Assembly (NCBI GenBank): GCA_036172245.1
Contig: JAYWIR010000053.1
Coordinates: forward strand, 620,001-684,000
Origin: Raillietiella orientalis
Lineage: Eukaryota
Direction: 5' to 3'
DNA: 64,000 nucleotides
In this document: positions 62,200-64,000 of the stretch, piece after piece
How the letters are laid out: each line of letters opens with the position of its first letter
How positions within the stretch are numbered: the first letter of the stretch is position 1
The notes under the pieces: model-generated
What the model saw: only the letters and a program-made list of their open reading frames with translations
Databases searched by the model: none
Told to the model about the DNA's origin: nothing
Made by a program: the position numbers and the translations under genes

Positions 62200-63000
62200 C
62201 CCAGCCCGAGGAGGGTCATGCAGCGAAGGAAAGGCAGCTGGGCTCCCACACTTGTGGGTGCACCGCCCTTGAAAGCATTCGAGGGACTTCGTTGAAGCCC
62301 CTGCGCCCCACCGCCGGAGGGGCGAGCGCACGGAATCAGGTGGAGCACTGCAGAATCTGGATTCTGGACGGAATGCCGGTGGCGCGGGTCAAACGGAAGG
62401 GTGGTCATCCACGACGGTTCATGACTGACCTTTGACAAAGCACTCGGAATCCATGGTCGCCGTCAGCACGTTGACTAACACTCGCCCGACAGAGGGGGTC
62501 CATTCGTTTCCGTGGAGATGCTGACCTTATTCAGCTGTCAGAGGCGTCCCGCTTGTCTTTTCAGGTGGCAAGGGGCGACGCCCAGCGGTCTGGTCGTTCG
62601 GTGGTGGCAGAAAGTCTCCCGCGTTCAGATTCAGTGCCTGCCCGGCGCATACAGCGCGGCAGCTCTGGACTGCATCTCCCGAATGATCCAGGATGTGGTT
62701 GCCAGGGTAACTAGCCCTATCAAGACGTGCTACCCGGTGCTGAGGAGACTTGGTGGGTGGGCGGCTCTTGGTTTCCCCTCCTGCAGCCTCCGGGCTTCCT
62801 AGACGCGCCTTCGCACCCACTGCCTAGGCAATGCTACCGATCTGCAGTTCTCAGCCCCTTCGGGAGCAATTTCCCTGGAAGAGGTCAGTGAGTCGGTGGG
62901 CGCCACCGTGCACTTCCTCGGGGCTGTTTCATTCCTTGGGGAGGGATGGAGCGCACCCTCGGGGCTGGCGATTGACCGCCGCGCCTTGCTGGAGGACCGG
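62200..63000 (+). mobile_element. Decayed L1-type ORF1 remnant
   Basis: GSWAPTLVG, FRWQG, VSRVQIQCLPGAYSAAALDCISRMIQDVV (resembles the L1 ORF1 pattern VRIxGLP...L..I...IG.V). Confidence 0.4.
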
Positions 63001-63406
63001 AATTCGCTTCCCGCGCAAAAGTCCGCAGTCCCATCCATGGATCCACGGAGCGAAGGAGGGGTCAGGGAGATCGCCCGACGTGCAGCTGGTCGGACGGAGA
63101 ACGACAAAGGGGAAGGAGGAGAATAAGGGGCCAAAAATGAATGAGCGACGTCGCCTCACGGGGCGATCTTTCCTGGTCAGGGCCCAGAGGCGACAATCGA
63201 GCTTGGATTCTAAGATTCAGAGAGGGAGAAGAGTTGGGGCTCGGGGGAGGGTGAAAAAAGGAAAGAGGGTAGTGGGCGGGGGTAGATAGAAACGAGGGTG
63301 AGAAAGGTGAGGACGGAATGAAGGTCGCAAGTGAAGCCTGCCTCAGCGAAAGAGCAGCTTAAGGGTGTGGAAGGAAAAGGCGATGGGCGGGAGTTCTTCT
63401 CCCCAT

Positions 63407-63996
63407 CGCCATGGGATGTTCCTTTGCCTCAGGGCTATGAAAGTGTACGAGCAGGGAACCCAGCTTCCTACCAGAAACCCTAAAAGAACCATCGCTCGAA
63501 TAGCAACTGGGTCCCAGCTGCTAGTTAACTAGAAGAGTCCTAGAAAGGACCTAAGTTCCTACCAAAAGCCCTACAAAAGGTCAGATCAAATCCCCATCCG
63601 AACGCCAGTTGAGTTCCCTAGGAAAAGCCCTACAAGAGTCCCTAAGAAGATTCCAGCAGTTAGCTGCCGAAGTCCTTACAAGAGTCCTGCCAAATCCCTT
63701 ACCAGAATGCCAGCCGAGCCTCTACCGGAATCTCTGGAGAAAGAGGGGGAGGGAGAGGTCAGAGGTCATGCACGGGAATGGGGCGATAAACATACAAAAG
63801 TGAAGAAAGGCGGCACGAGGTTGCAGACCTTCCGGCCGTCGGTCCTTGCACTACGCGGGCGGCGGCGACCTCGCTCGCTCGCTCCGGGAATCAGGAGAGG
63901 TTAGCTCCCCGCTGCGTGCAGATGGTCCGGGAGGGAGGCGCTAGTCTCGCGCGCTGCTGGCGTGGATGGCCGGGAAGCCGGGAGTAGTAGAATCCC
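63407..63996 (-). repeat. Interspersed repeat, copy 2 of inverted pair (partner 3985-4487)
   Basis: ORF 63707-63904(+) is nearly identical to 4077-4274(-); degenerate ~12-bp repeats (CCTACAAGAGTC-like) at 63460-63710. Confidence 0.9.
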
Positions 63997-64000
63997 AGTT

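Noticed and set aside
1..64000. LTR retrotransposon or intact DNA transposase
   Set aside because: No integrase, protease, RNase H, PBS/PPT with paired LTRs, or DDE transposase motifs recognised.

Overview
Eukaryotic, repeat-dominated 64-kb window with no confidently intact gene. It is mostly a graveyard of decayed non-LTR retrotransposons of the L1/Tx1 type (about 25 fragments, both strands, probably 3 or more subfamilies). These include one 5' half with ORF1 (two CCHC knuckles) plus the APE endonuclease at 42.9-45.0 kb, RT-bearing pieces at 24.7-27.2, 45.2-46.0 and 50.0-52.0 kb, and many 3' ends. About 15 of the 3' ends finish in one conserved signal, AATAAAC-G(C/T)CCCGG-N5-CCGGGTG-A(n), a hairpin after a poly(A)-signal-like hexamer. 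A tRNA-headed (Pol III B-box) repeat of about 600-700 bp occurs six times; at least twice it lies upstream of ORF1-like sequence in the same orientation, so it may be a SINE or a tRNA-derived LINE 5' leader. Other items: a Helitron-like terminal hairpin (2019-2078), an ~800-bp alternating purine/pyrimidine tract, a ~95%-identical inverted duplicate 59 kb apart (3985-4312 vs 63670-63996), and an AT-rich island with a 1.37-kb CpG-free stretch and GT-AG bounded exons of an unidentified gene or pseudogene (15.1-17.2 kb). Most ORFs in the supplied track look like GC-rich noise. All assignments are from motif reading by eye and coordinates of decayed fragments are approximate.
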